From contig JAIVFI010000006.1 in NCBI GenBank assembly GCA_025558095.1, positions 372,001 to 436,000 on the forward strand: a stretch of DNA of 64,000 nt, given 5' to 3'. The translations under genes and the position numbers were made by a program. A model generated the notes under the pieces. That model saw only the letters and a program-made list of their open reading frames with translations, searched no databases and had not been told where the DNA came from. The DNA comes from Hyaloraphidium curvatum SAG 235-1 (taxonomy: Eukaryota > Fungi > Monoblepharomycota). Shown one piece after another: positions 30,361 to 42,293 of the stretch (position 1 is its first letter; the number at the start of each line of letters is the position of its first letter).

Positions 30361-33343
30361 ATGCTGTTCAAGGGCGTGGTGTACTGGCTGTCGCCGAACC
30401 TCGGCGTGTCGCGCTACACCGCGCTGGCCGACCTGCTCGACCGCCACGGCGCGCGGCCCGCGGACGAGGGCGCGCCGGACTACAGGTCAGACGCGTCGCT
30501 GCTGGTGCGCGCGCGCGCCTTCGAGGTCGACGCTGCAAGGGTCACGCACGTCGTGACGCCCGACACGGACTTTCCCGCCTACGTCTCGCTGCTGAACAAC
30601 CCCGACGTGGCCATCGTCACGCCGCAGTGGGTCGAGCGCGCCGCCAAGAACGGCTTCCTCCACGAGTGCGTCGGCGCATTCGCTGCGAATCAGAACGTCT
30701 TGCACTCACCATTCCCGGCAGCCCGCATTTCTACTCGCCGAACCCGGAAAAGTACTTTTCCGGCGTCGTCGTCACCACCACCGGCGGCATCTCCTCCAAG
30801 GACCGCGACGCCATCTTTGCCAGCGTCGAAGCCTTTGGCGGCCAGACCCGCAAGCCCCTCACCAAGGACGTCACGCACCTGGTGACGCTGCAGCCGTCGG
30901 GGGACAAGTACAAGGCGGCGATGGACAATGCGGAGCTGGGGATCGTGGTGGTGCTGCCAAACTACTTTGTCGACTGCTCGCGCGTGCGCAAGCTGCTGGA
31001 CCCGGACCTGTACCGATTCCCGGACCCGCCCGTGCTGCACCCGGACCCGAAGCGGTACATCAAGGTGGCGGAAGTGGTGGAGGGTGGGCCTTTTTCCTTG
31101 TCCGTCGCTCCCGCCGCTGACCATGCACGCAGACGCGGCCGTCCAGGGCATGCCGGTCGCGAGCCGGTTCCTGCAGGGGGTGCGCTTCTTCTTCGATGCG
31201 CCGTCGGTGCCGCGCTTCTACCAGGACAAGCTGGCGCGGGCGGGGGCGACGATCGCCCAGGAATACAGCACCGACGGCGTCGACGTGGTCATCCTCACCG
31301 ACACCGGCTCGCATTACTTCCACCGGGTAGGTCGTTCGCTTACCGCTCGGCCGATTGCCTGATCCGTCTCGCGCCAGGCCGAGGAGGAGGGCAAGATCGT
31401 CGCCTCGGGCGAATGGCTGAAGGACATCTTCATCGCCGAACGCATGCTCCCGTCGAAAGGGCGGCTGCTGCACTATCCCCCGCCACCTTCCCAAATGGTC
31501 CCCGACGCGGCCCGGGAAATGGTCATCTCCATCACCAACTACTCGGGCCGCGCGCGCGAGGACCTGCGCCGCATGATCGGCGCCATCGGCGCGACCTACA
31601 CCCCGACCATGACGCCAAACAACACGCATCTCATCTGCGCGGTGCCGGCGGGCGCCAAGTTTCAGAAGGCCGGCGTGTGGGACGTGGCCACGGTGAACCA
31701 CCTCTGGCTCGAGGAGAGCTACCAGCAGTGGAAGCTTCAGGCGGTCACCAAGCCGCAGTACCAGGCCTACCCCGAGGGCCTCGCCGAGACGGTCGGCGAC
31801 TCGCCGATGCCGCAGGAGGTCGTCAACCGCTTCCTGGACCTCGCCCGGGGCGCCTCCTCCTCCGCCTTCATACCCCCGGAATCGCAGCCCGGGGTCGCAA
31901 GCACCCAGCTTCTCTCGCTCGCGCGGTCCTCCCCGACCAAGATCCCGAGCCAGCCCCGCTCGCGGCCCCCTGCGAGCAGCCAGCCCCCGCCGCGGGACGA
32001 GGCCGCGGGCGACGCCGCGCCGGACGAGGAGAACGTGCCGGTGCCGGTGATCCACGTGTCGATCCCGGACTCGGGGCGGCCGCCAACGCAGCCCCCCGCG
32101 GACTCGCAGTCGCCCCCGCAGAGGCAGAGGGACAAACAGTCCCTGCCGGCGGACGGCGTGCTGGTGCCTGCGAGCGGCCAGCAGTCGGCGCCCAGGGACT
32201 CGCAGGCCGCGCGGAGGGAGTCGCTGGCGTCGGCGCCGAGGGAGTCGCAGCCCGCCGCGCGCGAGTCGCAGCCGGTCCCGCGCAGGGAGTCGCAGCCGGC
32301 TTCGCCGTCGTTTGCCGAGCCCGTGGGCGCCGCGCGGCAGGCATCGAACGCGGGGTCGCAAGCCTCCCCGACGGCGGCCGGCGAGCCGGCGCGCAAGACG
32401 TCCCGCAAGCGCCGCCTGGTCGACGCCTCGGACCTGGGATCTGAGTCGAGCAGGCGGAAGAGCAGGGGGAGGGCCGCAAGCGGCAGCCCGGAGCCGATTG
32501 ACGTGGGGCAGTACGAGAACGTGAACCCCGCGAGCGCGAGGAAGGGCCGGCAGGTGGCGATCGCGTTCACGGGCATCAAGCCCACGGACAAGGAGGCCAA
32601 GGTCGGCGTTGCTCGGAGCTGGCATTGTCGATGCGATTGCTGAAGACCGTGTCGCAGGGCATTCGGGCGCTCGGGGGAACGGTGGTCGATCAGATGACCG
32701 AGGCGACGCACTTGCTCACGACCAGGGTCACGAGAACGGAGAAGTTCCTGATGGCCGTCGGTGGAGGTCTCCACATCCTGGATCGCTCGTGGCTCGATTC
32801 TTCGCTGCAGGCTGGAATGTTCCTCGGTGAGTGTCCGTTGTGGATGGGGACGATTGGCCCTCGCTGACCGCGTCTCCGGCTCAAGACGAATCATTGTATC
32901 CGCTGCGGGATCCCGACTCGGAGAGGCAGCACAAGTACAACCTCCAAGAGTCGTTGAGGCGTGCGCGGACAACCAAGCTGCTGCAGGGGCGGACCGTCTA
33001 CATGACGCCCAACAGCAAACCAGAGGTCGAAACGATGAGGCACATCGTCGAGGCCAACGGCGGCAAGGTGAGCTCTAAAGCCGCATCGTTTGGACGCAGC
33101 GTTGACGCGGTGCTGCAGTTTGTGGTCCTCACGATGCGGAAAGCCCGCGACGTTTCAACAGCCGGCGCCATCGTCCTGTCGTGCCCGGAGGACAGCGCCT
33201 ACTTCCCCGAGTTCGTCGACCAGGGAGTCGAGGTCTATTCCACGGAGTACATCCTCAGCGGCGTGCTCCGACAGGAGCTGCCCGTGGACGAGTTTGTGCA
33301 GGACATGGGGACCGGGCGAAGTCGGATCACGGTCAGCAGGTAG
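30361..33343 (+). CDS. Multi-BRCT DNA-damage scaffold (Rtt107/Brc1-like)
   Basis: Repeated BRCT motifs: 'LFKGVVYW', 'VTPQWV', 'FSGVVVTT', 'ISITNYSGRAR', 'VNHLWLEES', 'RTEKFL'. Confidence 0.85.
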
Positions 33344-33442
33344 ATGATGCTTGGCTATGTACATGTCCTGGCGCAAATGCATCAGCATCTCTGCGAGATG
33401 CGCCTCAAGAGGTCCCAAGATCTATGGCACGGTGATGGTCGT

Positions 33443-34607
33443 TCAAGCCTTCGGAACCAGATCGATCCGCGGAATCATTCCTTCCTTGTCCGCCCGCGCC
33501 CCAGGCTCATGTCGGGCCTCCAACTCGACCTTGACCGGGATGCGGAGATCCTCAGTCTTTGCTACCAGCCGATCGGAGAGGTGGTGGTTGACGTCGCGGT
33601 GGTTGGCCTCATCGGCGCGAACAGCGAGCACGACGTCGCGAAGCGTCGCGTCCTCCTTCAGATGCCAGTACTCCTTGGCGATGTCGGGCGCGGGCACGTT
33701 CTTGAGCTTCCCCTCGTCGATCGCGCGCAGCATGTGCGTGTAGCTCACGACGGCTTCTTCCTCGAGGTAGCCGACGAAACGGTGGGCCGTGCGAGGGGCG
33801 ACAAGATACAAGCTGAAGAATGCGTTCCAGAAAGCGCCCTGCGCGAAGAGAACGAGCAGCCTTTCCCACGCTGCCGGCTGGATAAGGCTCATCCAGGTCA
33901 GGAGGTGCATGCGCTCGTTCTCCGCTTCGTGCAGCAAGTGGGTGATCCACCCGCCGTCCCGCTGCATCCTCCGCAACGATGTGAGGTGCCGGAGAGAACC
34001 CGCAACTTGACCAGGCACTGCTGCGACGGTTTCGAGCATGACGCCTGGAAGAGGAGGCGGGATGGACGAGCAGCACAAAGGAAGCGCTCAGATCACGGGC
34101 GAACAAGTAATAGAATCAAAACGTACCTCTTGCGATGTAGCGGTCGCGGAAGAACGAATCGGCCAGCACCCGCAGGAACCGGACGAGCCCGTAGGCGACC
34201 CGGTCGCCGATTGTGGTTGGAACACGGTGGAGCCCGATCCCGACGTCCCAGTTCTCGATCTCCCGGCCAGAGACAGGCTGCGCTCGCAGATATTCCTTCA
34301 GCATCGGCTTCGGGTGGACTATCTCCAGGCTCGTGAGCACGTGCCGGCGGGGAGCGTTGCGGAGGACGTCGGGGTCGAGAGGGAGCGGGGCATGGCCCTC
34401 GGCGGCGCGGTCCGCAGGCGGAGCGCTGGAAGACGCTTGGGCCGAAGCGGAGAAGGAGCGTGCAGGGAGGTGCGGGGTCGCGGGAGCATGGAGCCTCTGT
34501 CGGGCGAGAGCGATGGTCGCGAGCGGTGCGCCCGAGCGTCCGAGGGCTGCCAACGGGCCTAGCGGGGCCAGCGAGGGCGAACAGAAGAGCGGCAATGTGT
34601 TGAGCAT
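33443..34607 (-). CDS. AOX1: Alternative oxidase
   Basis: '[10 protein letters not shown]', 'EAENERMHL', '[16 protein letters not shown]', '[12 protein letters not shown]' di-iron motifs. Confidence 0.96.
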
Positions 34608-34775
34608 TGGGGATTGTGTGTAAGATGGCAGGAACCCGGGATTTGCGGGACCCGGAGTTTTGGCCTCGGAGGCCGGGCGGAGGCTGACTGATTCTTCCGC
34701 CCACCCGCACGCGGCCGACTCCGGCCGCATCTCCGAAAGAAGAAGAAAATTCAATCAAATGCATCAGAAACAACA

Positions 34776-36552
34776 TCAAGATATCCGGAACTCGGCCCCA
34801 GACTCGACCATCCGCCTCCACTCGTCCCTGTTCGCCCTCACCCGCCCCACGAGGTCAGACGCCTTTGGCAGCACCTTCTCCTGCAGCTCGTAGATCGGGA
34901 GCACGACGCTGTCGAGGAACTCGACCTGCATCGCCGGGATCTGCCCCTCCTTGTCCGCGTCCATGTTCCAGTTGTCTATCGTCCCCACAACCTTCTTGAT
35001 CCCCTGCGAAAGCAAAATGTTAGTCATGGTACCCGATCCACGCAGCTTCACGGGCCCACTGCGCCCTCAAGGAAGAACTCCTGGTACACGAGCGCGGTCG
35101 TCTTCCGCGCGCTCGGGAACGGCTTGTACGAGCTGCTGAGATCGCAGGCGTTCAAGATCAGGCCTCTGAGGGCGGAGCGCAAGTCGTGGCCGGGTCCGAT
35201 CGGGAACGGTTGAGTCGCAGGGTCGAACGAGTCCAGCGCTTCCTTGAGCGCCGCGCGGTTGGAGAAAAAGACGGCCAGGTCCGTGGCGACGATGCTCTCC
35301 TTCACAATGCGGATGGCGCGCTGGTAGCTCTCGCTCGGAAGGCGCTGGAAAACGTCGTGCCCTTCGGATGACAGGACTGCGGAAATCAATGTCAGCATGC
35401 AACAAGACGAGAGAAGTCATCCCGTCGCCCACTCTTGATCGCAAAGTTGGCGTGCAACAGTTCCATAGTAGACCTCGTAAAGAGCGAAAACAGAGGGGTC
35501 TGCGCGATCCGCTGGTAGGCGTTCGATTGCCCTCGATGATCCAAATCGTGGCAAATGCAGGCAACCAGCATGGAAAACACCTCGACGTCGTCGAAGACGG
35601 AGCCCAGCTCGAAGCGCTTGGCCAGGATGTAAAGGCCGTGAGTGACGGCGGCGCCATGCGCGAAACAGTGATACGGGACATCGCTCCTCTGACGGTAGTT
35701 CCTTCCAACGGTGAAAAGGAACTGCACGAACACCCTCGCATCACCCGGTTCCACGAGCCCGAGATCGTGAAACATCCGGAAGACGGCGCAGACGAGGTCA
35801 TGGTCATCCATTGCATGCGGATCCCAGTCAACATCGTCGATGCCCAGAGGATCCGGCTCCGCGGTGATTCGGGGAAGCTCCTCCTCCATAAATCTGTCCA
35901 CGAGTGCAGTGGGAGCCCGGAGATGGTAACTCATCACTTCGAGGAGGATCGAGAGATGGTTTTTGGTCTTGGTGACCTTGGAGATGAGCAGGGACTTGTC
36001 GAGCGCCAGCGAGGCGAAGAGGGCAAAGGCACCGGCGGTTTCGACGTCCGCCGCAGAAAAGGGGACGACGGAGCCCGAGTCCAGCTTGTTTAGGAAGGAG
36101 ATGACGGCCAGGGGTTTCCGTTCCGGGCCAGGACTGAACAGCGGGATCACAAGGAGAGATTTCGTGGTGTAAGACAATATCCTGTCCACTTCGGCGTTCC
36201 AACGGCTGTCTTCGCTGGCGTCTGGAACGTTCAGCACCTCTCCGTTCGTCAGGGCGTGGCCAGAGAGGGAGGTCAACGGGATCTTGATGTCCCGGAAGGG
36301 TTGGCCTTCGTTTTCGTGGGAAACGGCGTACGGGGCCAAGGTTCGGCTCGACTCGTCGTACATGAGCAGCGACACGCGGTCGCAGCCGAGCAGGTCGCGG
36401 GCCTCATGGAGGATGGTCCTTGCCAGGGCGGCAAAGTCGTCCGTACACGCAAAGAGCTCCCCGGCGATTTTGAGCATGGAGGCCTGCAGCGACGCCGGCT
36501 GCGACTGCGCGCCGTCGGAGGTGACCGCCGCTGGGGCTACGACGCCGTCCAT
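34776..36552 (-). CDS. GAF-domain class I cyclic-nucleotide phosphodiesterase
   Basis: GAF 'LNVPDASEDSRWNAEVD...TKSLLVIP...FLNK...FSAADVE'; catalytic 'PYHCFAHG', 'CHDLDHRGQSN', 'IVATDL', 'ACDLS'. Confidence 0.88.
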
Positions 36553-37041
36553 TGTCGACTCCGTGTCCGACAGCGTTGGGCTCTCTCACGCTCGCTCACA
36601 AGCAAGCACCGTACCAGCCGGGCGCGAGCGCACGGAGTTAGGTTAACTGCCGTGCTGGCCCGCGCCGTTCCGGCGACAAGCGCGCCCTGCTCAGGCCACG
36701 GAAACCAGGGGTTGCGCCGGGTGTGTGGTCTAAGAGACATGACGTGGCACCCGCGCTAGGGCACCCCGTCGCATGGCAGGCAGGGAGACTGTCTTTCACG
36801 TCGAAGACCTCTCTTCGATTCCGTAGCATTCTGAAAACGCTGGGACCCTAAAGTGGATTCCACTGGCTGGCTGGAGGAGATCGGCCTGATGCCGCTGCCA
36901 ACCGTTGGGCACATGAATCGCGCCGGATCTCGGCAGATCCTGGCGGATGATAACTCTTGATCGTCGTTCGCGTCGAAGCGGATTCGCAGTCCTCGATGCC
37001 TGGGTGTTGGCTGGGGGTAGGGTGCCTGGCACCAAAAAGTT

Positions 37042-37100
37042 GGGCATGCCCAAAGTGGGCATGCCCATGGGCATGCCCATGGCATGCCCATGGGCACCAA
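37042..37100. repeat. hAT subterminal palindromic repeats (GGGCATGCCC), left end
   Basis: Several GGGCATGCCC/ATGGGCA units; the same motif recurs at 39795-39855. Confidence 0.85.
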
Positions 37101-37353
37101 TTGCGGATGCGCTGCCCACCGGGTGCCCAACAGCGAGCCCGTCGAGCGGGCAGGGGAGCCGGCCTAAGGGGTCAGGAGCCAGGGCCAGGACGCGGAATCT
37201 ATCGCTCACGCCAAGCAAACGTGGATGAATTGATATAGTGATTCAATGAAATCATTCATCCGTAGAGCGGTCTCCGTTCCTTTTCTGCGAGGGTGTCGCG
37301 GTCGGCGGGTGGGGGGTTCGTCGCGAGTTCACCGGCTTTGCGAAGTCCTGAAC

Positions 37354-39768
37354 ATGGAGGACGAACTCGCGCCCAATGACAGCATCAGCGCAGTCAATGA
37401 AGGACGCAGCGACGAGGAGGAGAGCGGATCCGAGCGCGGCTCTGCCTCCTTGCGACCTTCCGTGGAGCGGGGCGATTGGGTGCGCCCGGCACCGGATCTC
37501 GACCCGCGATGGGCGGGCTTCCTCGTCAAAAGGAAGGACGGGGTGAACAGGGGCAAACGCGTCACGGCCAAGTGCACTTTCTGCTCGGAGGAAATGGATG
37601 GCCGGCCAGAACGGTTGGAGCAGCACATCGTTTCCAAGTGCAAGTCCGTGGGGGAAGAACGCGTCGCGTACCTTCGGCACCTCAATCAGTACGACGAGGA
37701 GCAGAAGAAAAAGTCTGCTGCAGCGCCGCAGAGCAAACGCAGGAAGAGGAACGCGTTTTCTGACGCGTCGTCGACGCCGCCCTCGGCGTGTTCTGCGGCG
37801 GGCTCCGCATCTGGCGCTGGAACTCTCCTGGCTCATTTCCATCCCCCTCTGTCTGCTGCCACTGCAAGTGCGGTGGATTTCGCGATCACCAAAGCTTTTG
37901 TGACCGGCAACGTCCCGTTTCGATTCGCGTCGAATCCATATTTGCTGCAAGCTCTGGGGATCCTGAGCCCGGCGTACCGGCCCCTGACACGCCACTCTAT
38001 TGGTGGTATCCTGACCCAGATCACTAGGGACGAAGCCCAGAAGTTGGTCGTGCTTTGTGGGACCGCAAAGTCGTGGACTCTGCAGCTTGACGGATGGGAA
38101 GATTCGTCTGGGGCCTCAATCTACGCGATGGTAGCCGTTACACCGGGCATGGAGCGTTTGTTGGACCTCTGGGATGTCACTCAGGATCGCCACAACGCGG
38201 AGCTTTTGCACGAGAAGGTGAACATGTCGTGCCGCTCAATTGGCCTCAATCTCGCGGCCCCGGGCCCCGTGAACGCGTTCTGCACGGACAGTCCTTCCGT
38301 CATGAAGAAGCTTCGTCGGCTGGTGAGCACGGAGCACCCCCACATCATCGGCATTCGGTGTGTTCTCCACAACCTCAACCTGCTCGTCAAGGACATTGTG
38401 AAGCACGACTGGGCCACCTCCGTGATCAAAAAGAACCTCACTCTCGTCAATTGGATTCACAAGGCGCCTATGTGGCGCCGCTTGGCCCAGATTTGGGCCG
38501 GCAAGCACGATGTTGCACACTCCCTCGCGACGCATACCGACTCGCGCTGGTACTCTCTCATTACGGTCTGCTTGGGCATTGACGCACATCAGCCGTGGTT
38601 CCGTCTTCTCCTCAGCCCGCAACACGCGCACGATGGCCTGGAACCCGGTGTACGGCCGACAGACGTTCCAGATCGGGTGCTGGATGTGGTGAAGGACCCG
38701 TATCACTTTGCCCACAATGCGGAGCTGATCCAGATCGTGAGGCCGATTGTGGATGCCCTAGGCCGCCTTGAGCATTCGGACGCGACCCTGGCAGACGTAC
38801 TGATCGAGTATTCGATGGTTGCTCGGACCTGGCGTGGTGTTAGTCCCGTTGTGGAGGGTGCCAGGGAAACATTCGCTCTGGCTAAGTTGTCGTTAAATGC
38901 CAGAGTCAAGGAGTTTGATCATGCGATCTACCTTGTTGCTCTCCACCTTTCCCCTGTTCACCGGAAGTTTTCTGTGACTGGGTGCCAGGTCGACGGCAGG
39001 GACAAGAAGCGGTGGCTCGAATGGGAGATTGGCAAGCTGCTGCTTGCTTGGAAGTTCCGACAGGAGGCCAGCTTGTCGGTCCTTGCCCAGCTGGATGACT
39101 ATTTCTTCGGGCGCAACATGTTCAGCGGGATCGACGGCCAGGTTCGGACGGCAAGGGAGTTCTGGGAGACCTGGGGCTTGGGCACTACGGAACTCGTCTT
39201 TGTGCGCGAGTTTGCGCTCATGGTGCTTAGCATTGCGCCGCACAGTGCCGCGACCGAGCGCGTGTTTTCCAGTTTGGGCCTTGCAAAGACAGACTCGCGG
39301 AATCGAATGAATTCCGCAACGTTGAAGGAAATAGGGCTGGTCAAGAGCGCATTGAAGCAGGAGATGAAGACCTTAAAGCCAAGGGTGCAATCTGCGGAGG
39401 AAAAGCCCTGGAGAACCCACGGAACCGATGACAACCTTGCCGACGTCCTGGATTCCTTGACCTTGGGCTCGGGAGCTCCTATCCGGGCCCTGGACCCGGA
39501 AAACGAGCAGCACCGAGATGTTTTCCACGCACTTTGGCCTCGCATTGATGCGGAGGAGGAGGAGTTCGAGGTGGGATTTGGGACAACTTCCGTCTTCCGC
39601 GCCGCGACAGGGCCCTATGTCTTGGAGAGTTTCCTCGACATTAATCAACTGCGCACTGCTGAGGAAGCCCAATTGGCTGCTGCTCAACCGCTGCGGGCTT
39701 TTGTTGAGGAGGGGGAGGCACAGATAAGCTTGGAAGCACTCTTAGCGCAGCATCGTGCACGTTCCTAA
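37354..39768 (+). CDS. hAT transposase (BED finger, DUF659-type core, hATC dimerisation domain), intronless
   Basis: 'KCTFC...LEQHIVSKC', 'WTLQLDGWED', 'CTDSPSVM', 'RCVLHNLNL', 'DSRWYS', 'PHSAATERVFS'. Confidence 0.93.
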   Translation: MEDELAPNDSISAVNEGRSDEEESGSERGSASLRPSVERGDWVRPAPDLDPRWAGFLVKRKDGVNRGKRVTAKCTFCSEEMDGRPERLEQHIVSKCKSVGEERVAYLRHLNQYDEEQKKKSAAAPQSKRRKRNAFSDASSTPPSACSAAGSASGAGTLLAHFHPPLSAATASAVDFAITKAFVTGNVPFRFASNPYLLQALGILSPAYRPLTRHSIGGILTQITRDEAQKLVVLCGTAKSWTLQLDGWEDSSGASIYAMVAVTPGMERLLDLWDVTQDRHNAELLHEKVNMSCRSIGLNLAAPGPVNAFCTDSPSVMKKLRRLVSTEHPHIIGIRCVLHNLNLLVKDIVKHDWATSVIKKNLTLVNWIHKAPMWRRLAQIWAGKHDVAHSLATHTDSRWYSLITVCLGIDAHQPWFRLLLSPQHAHDGLEPGVRPTDVPDRVLDVVKDPYHFAHNAELIQIVRPIVDALGRLEHSDATLADVLIEYSMVARTWRGVSPVVEGARETFALAKLSLNARVKEFDHAIYLVALHLSPVHRKFSVTGCQVDGRDKKRWLEWEIGKLLLAWKFRQEASLSVLAQLDDYFFGRNMFSGIDGQVRTAREFWETWGLGTTELVFVREFALMVLSIAPHSAATERVFSSLGLAKTDSRNRMNSATLKEIGLVKSALKQEMKTLKPRVQSAEEKPWRTHGTDDNLADVLDSLTLGSGAPIRALDPENEQHRDVFHALWPRIDAEEEEFEVGFGTTSVFRAATGPYVLESFLDINQLRTAEEAQLAAAQPLRAFVEEGEAQISLEALLAQHRARS

Positions 39769-39972
39769 TAGACTCTCTTCTACAAGTACATGATGGGCAT
39801 GCCCATATGGTGCCCATGGGCACCGGATCAGGTGATGGGCATGCCCGTGGGCACGGTTTTTTTTGAGCTTGCCAGGCACCCTAGCTGGGGGACTCGCGTA
39901 CGGTGCGCCCTTCGTCACCGCCCGACAAAATCCAGGCATCCCTCCCACGCCCGCCGGCCGACCTCCGGGGCC

Positions 39973-40698
39973 ATGGCGGCGCCGACGCGACTGCTGCGGC
40001 CGCTGCCTGCCGCATCCCGCGCCTTCTGCGCGTCCGCGGCCTCGCGGCAGCCGAAAGGTGCGGTGGCGTGGCGCGCCACTCGGCCGCCGACCTCACCGCG
40101 TGCGCCCACAGCCATCGGCGACTTAGGCACGAAGCAGTCGCTGTTCTCGCCGGTCGAGCTTTCCGCCGAGGACGACGCGGCGCCGCACCTGCCGCCGCGC
40201 CACGCGTGGTTCGACCTCGCGTCGTCGCCGCACCCCGTCTCCAACATCCGCCGCATCCGCGTGGCGCGCCCGCCCGACGAGCACCCGGCCGAGCGCGACT
40301 GGCGGCTGCGGCGCGAGGCCGTCGTCGAGTGGCACCACAACTTCTGGCGCGACAACAACACGGACTTCCACCGCGCAAAGACCGCATTCGAGGAGGACCA
40401 CGTGCGCAGGCTCGGCACCCCGCCGTCGCACACGGCAATGTCGGAGTTCTACAAGGCGTACCTGGACGGCGCGCGCGAGCGCCACATGGAGTACAACAGG
40501 CGCTGGTGGCGCGAGAACTTTGCCATGCTGGCATACAGCTGGCGCGGCGAGCTGCGCCGGGGCATCAGGGTCGTCAAGCGGCTCTGGCGGCAGCGCGACA
40601 CGGACATGGGGCTCGTCGTGCCGACCACGGCCGCCGCGGTGCCCGCCGCCGCGCCAAAGCCGGACAAGGCGGCCAAGAATGGCCAGCCCGGACGGTGA
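39973..40698 (+). CDS. COA8: COA8/APOPT1-family mitochondrial protein
   Basis: 'PHPVSNIRRI', 'WHHNFWRDNN..F', 'MSEFYKAYLD...HMEYNRRWWRENF'. Confidence 0.85.
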   Translation: MAAPTRLLRPLPAASRAFCASAASRQPKGAVAWRATRPPTSPRAPTAIGDLGTKQSLFSPVELSAEDDAAPHLPPRHAWFDLASSPHPVSNIRRIRVARPPDEHPAERDWRLRREAVVEWHHNFWRDNNTDFHRAKTAFEEDHVRRLGTPPSHTAMSEFYKAYLDGARERHMEYNRRWWRENFAMLAYSWRGELRRGIRVVKRLWRQRDTDMGLVVPTTAAAVPAAAPKPDKAAKNGQPGR

Positions 40699-40916
40699 TG
40701 CCGCCGGTTTGGCCATCGCTCGGCCGCTGGGCGGCCACAATCTCTGCCATCTCTTATGCGCTCGTGGATGTCGCGATCGACGTCGCAGTACGTCGGCTCT
40801 GTCTCCCGCTCTGCATGCCGCAGCTCAGCCTGCTGTAAATACTGAATCACTGTAGCGATTTGGACAATGGACTGGTTTCGCATGACTTTGGCGACGCGAT
40901 TTCGGCAATGATTTCG

Positions 40917-42159
40917 TCAATTGAGCCCTTGGGGCCACGGTTCCGCCCGGAAGTCTACATCGGATCTCGCCAAGATGTCCCGGCTCTGGATGAGCCGCAG
41001 CTCCGTGCATTTGACCTTCATGTCCGCATTCAGCTGGCCCCGGTCGTTCGAGGCGTAGTACTCCATCGTCCGCTTCAGTACTGCCTGGATCACGCTGACG
41101 GCGATCTCGCATGCCGCCGTGAACGCCGCCGCCGCACCGGATTCCGAAGGCACGCTTTCTCGACCGAGCTGCGAGTCCAAATGTGCCAGAAGAAGCGCAG
41201 CAAAGAGGTCCCCGGTGCCTGTAAAGTAGGCGGGCAGCTTCTTGCACCGGATCACGAATCGGTGGTCCCCGACCGCTGGACCATCCTGCCCGGCGCTCGT
41301 CCTATGTCGATAGCTCCCCAGCAGGTACAAGTACTCCACGGCATCCGAGGCTCCGTCAGGAAGGGGGAAAGACGCCGATGTGATGGCGACGAAGCGGGCT
41401 CCGTAGTCGTGGAGCTTGGAAAGCGCCTCCGAGGCGGTCGCGAAGGAGACCACCTTGACGCCCGTTAGAACCCTGGCAAAGCACCGTCAGATAAGAGAGC
41501 TGCAATTCGGTGGTAAACAGACTCGGCCTCGAAGGAATTCGGCACGAGAACATCCGCCAGCGGCGTTAGGTCGTCCTTGTACGAGTCCACGATGGCCTGC
41601 GGCACATACAGTCGGCCGTCGTCTCCCATTACCGGGTCCAGAACTGCAAGAGATCATTATGTGATCCTAGGAATGCTCAGAAAGCTGCAGAACGCACCGA
41701 AAAGCGCCTGAGGGTTCAGCTCTTTGACCTTCTTGACAAGTTGGGCGATCGCAGGCAACATGGAGGCCGAACCAAGGTACCCTGACCACCAGACGCCGCA
41801 TCAGACTCATTCCGTGCCCCAGTGCTGCCGCAAATCACCCGTTAGGACGTGCGAGTAGCCCAAGAGTCCATTCTCCTCCAAGCCCCCCTCCAGCTTCGTG
41901 ATCAAAGCACCGTCGTACCGATCCCCCGGAAAAACACGGTAGGCGGTGTGATTGCTCAGTTGAACCGTGTTGATGACATCCACGTCGAAGCCGAGCAGCT
42001 GCAGAGGGAAAGTGGCCGCCTTGTTGCCGACATAGCTGCATTGCGGGCGGAAGGACGCGTCCGGAGGTCGGCAAGCGGGGAAAACTCGTTCCACGATCAA
42101 AATCACCCTGATACAACGTGAGATTGAATACTGAGGACGCGATGCGGTCGCTCGCTCAT
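40917..42159 (-). CDS. BUD16: Pyridoxal kinase
   Basis: '[27 protein letters not shown]', 'VQLSNHT', 'DPVMGDDG', '[12 protein letters not shown]'. Confidence 0.92.
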
Positions 42160-42293
42160 CGTGGGAAGTCCGCAGATTGTGTTCGCTCTCGCGCCGCCGC
42201 GGCCGCAGCCTCACAACTTCACACCCAAAGCAGTTCGCTGCAGACGGCGCAGTTCCACCCGGCGCGTACTGGCAACCCCATGACCTCGCTCTG

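Larger units (their letters stand above)
37018..39883 (+). mobile_element. Complete hAT DNA transposon (2,866 bp)
   Basis: Perfect 14-bp TIR TAGGGTGCCTGGCA (37018-37031 / 39870-39883); identical 8-bp TSD GCTGGGGG (37010-37017 and 39884-39891). Confidence 0.95.

Noticed and set aside
34960-35075. Possible frameshift in the PDE (alternative frame gives 'EGDQE')
   Set aside because: A normal GT-AG intron (donor GTGGGC) keeps the frame into 'MDADKEGQIPAMQVEF', so no frameshift is needed.
37042-37100. Short repeats as a CRISPR-like array
   Set aside because: There are no unique spacers. They are hAT subterminal repeats in a eukaryotic genome.
39790-39972. N-terminal extension of the COA8 ORF
   Set aside because: It starts inside the hAT right end. 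The native start with a presequence is at 39973.
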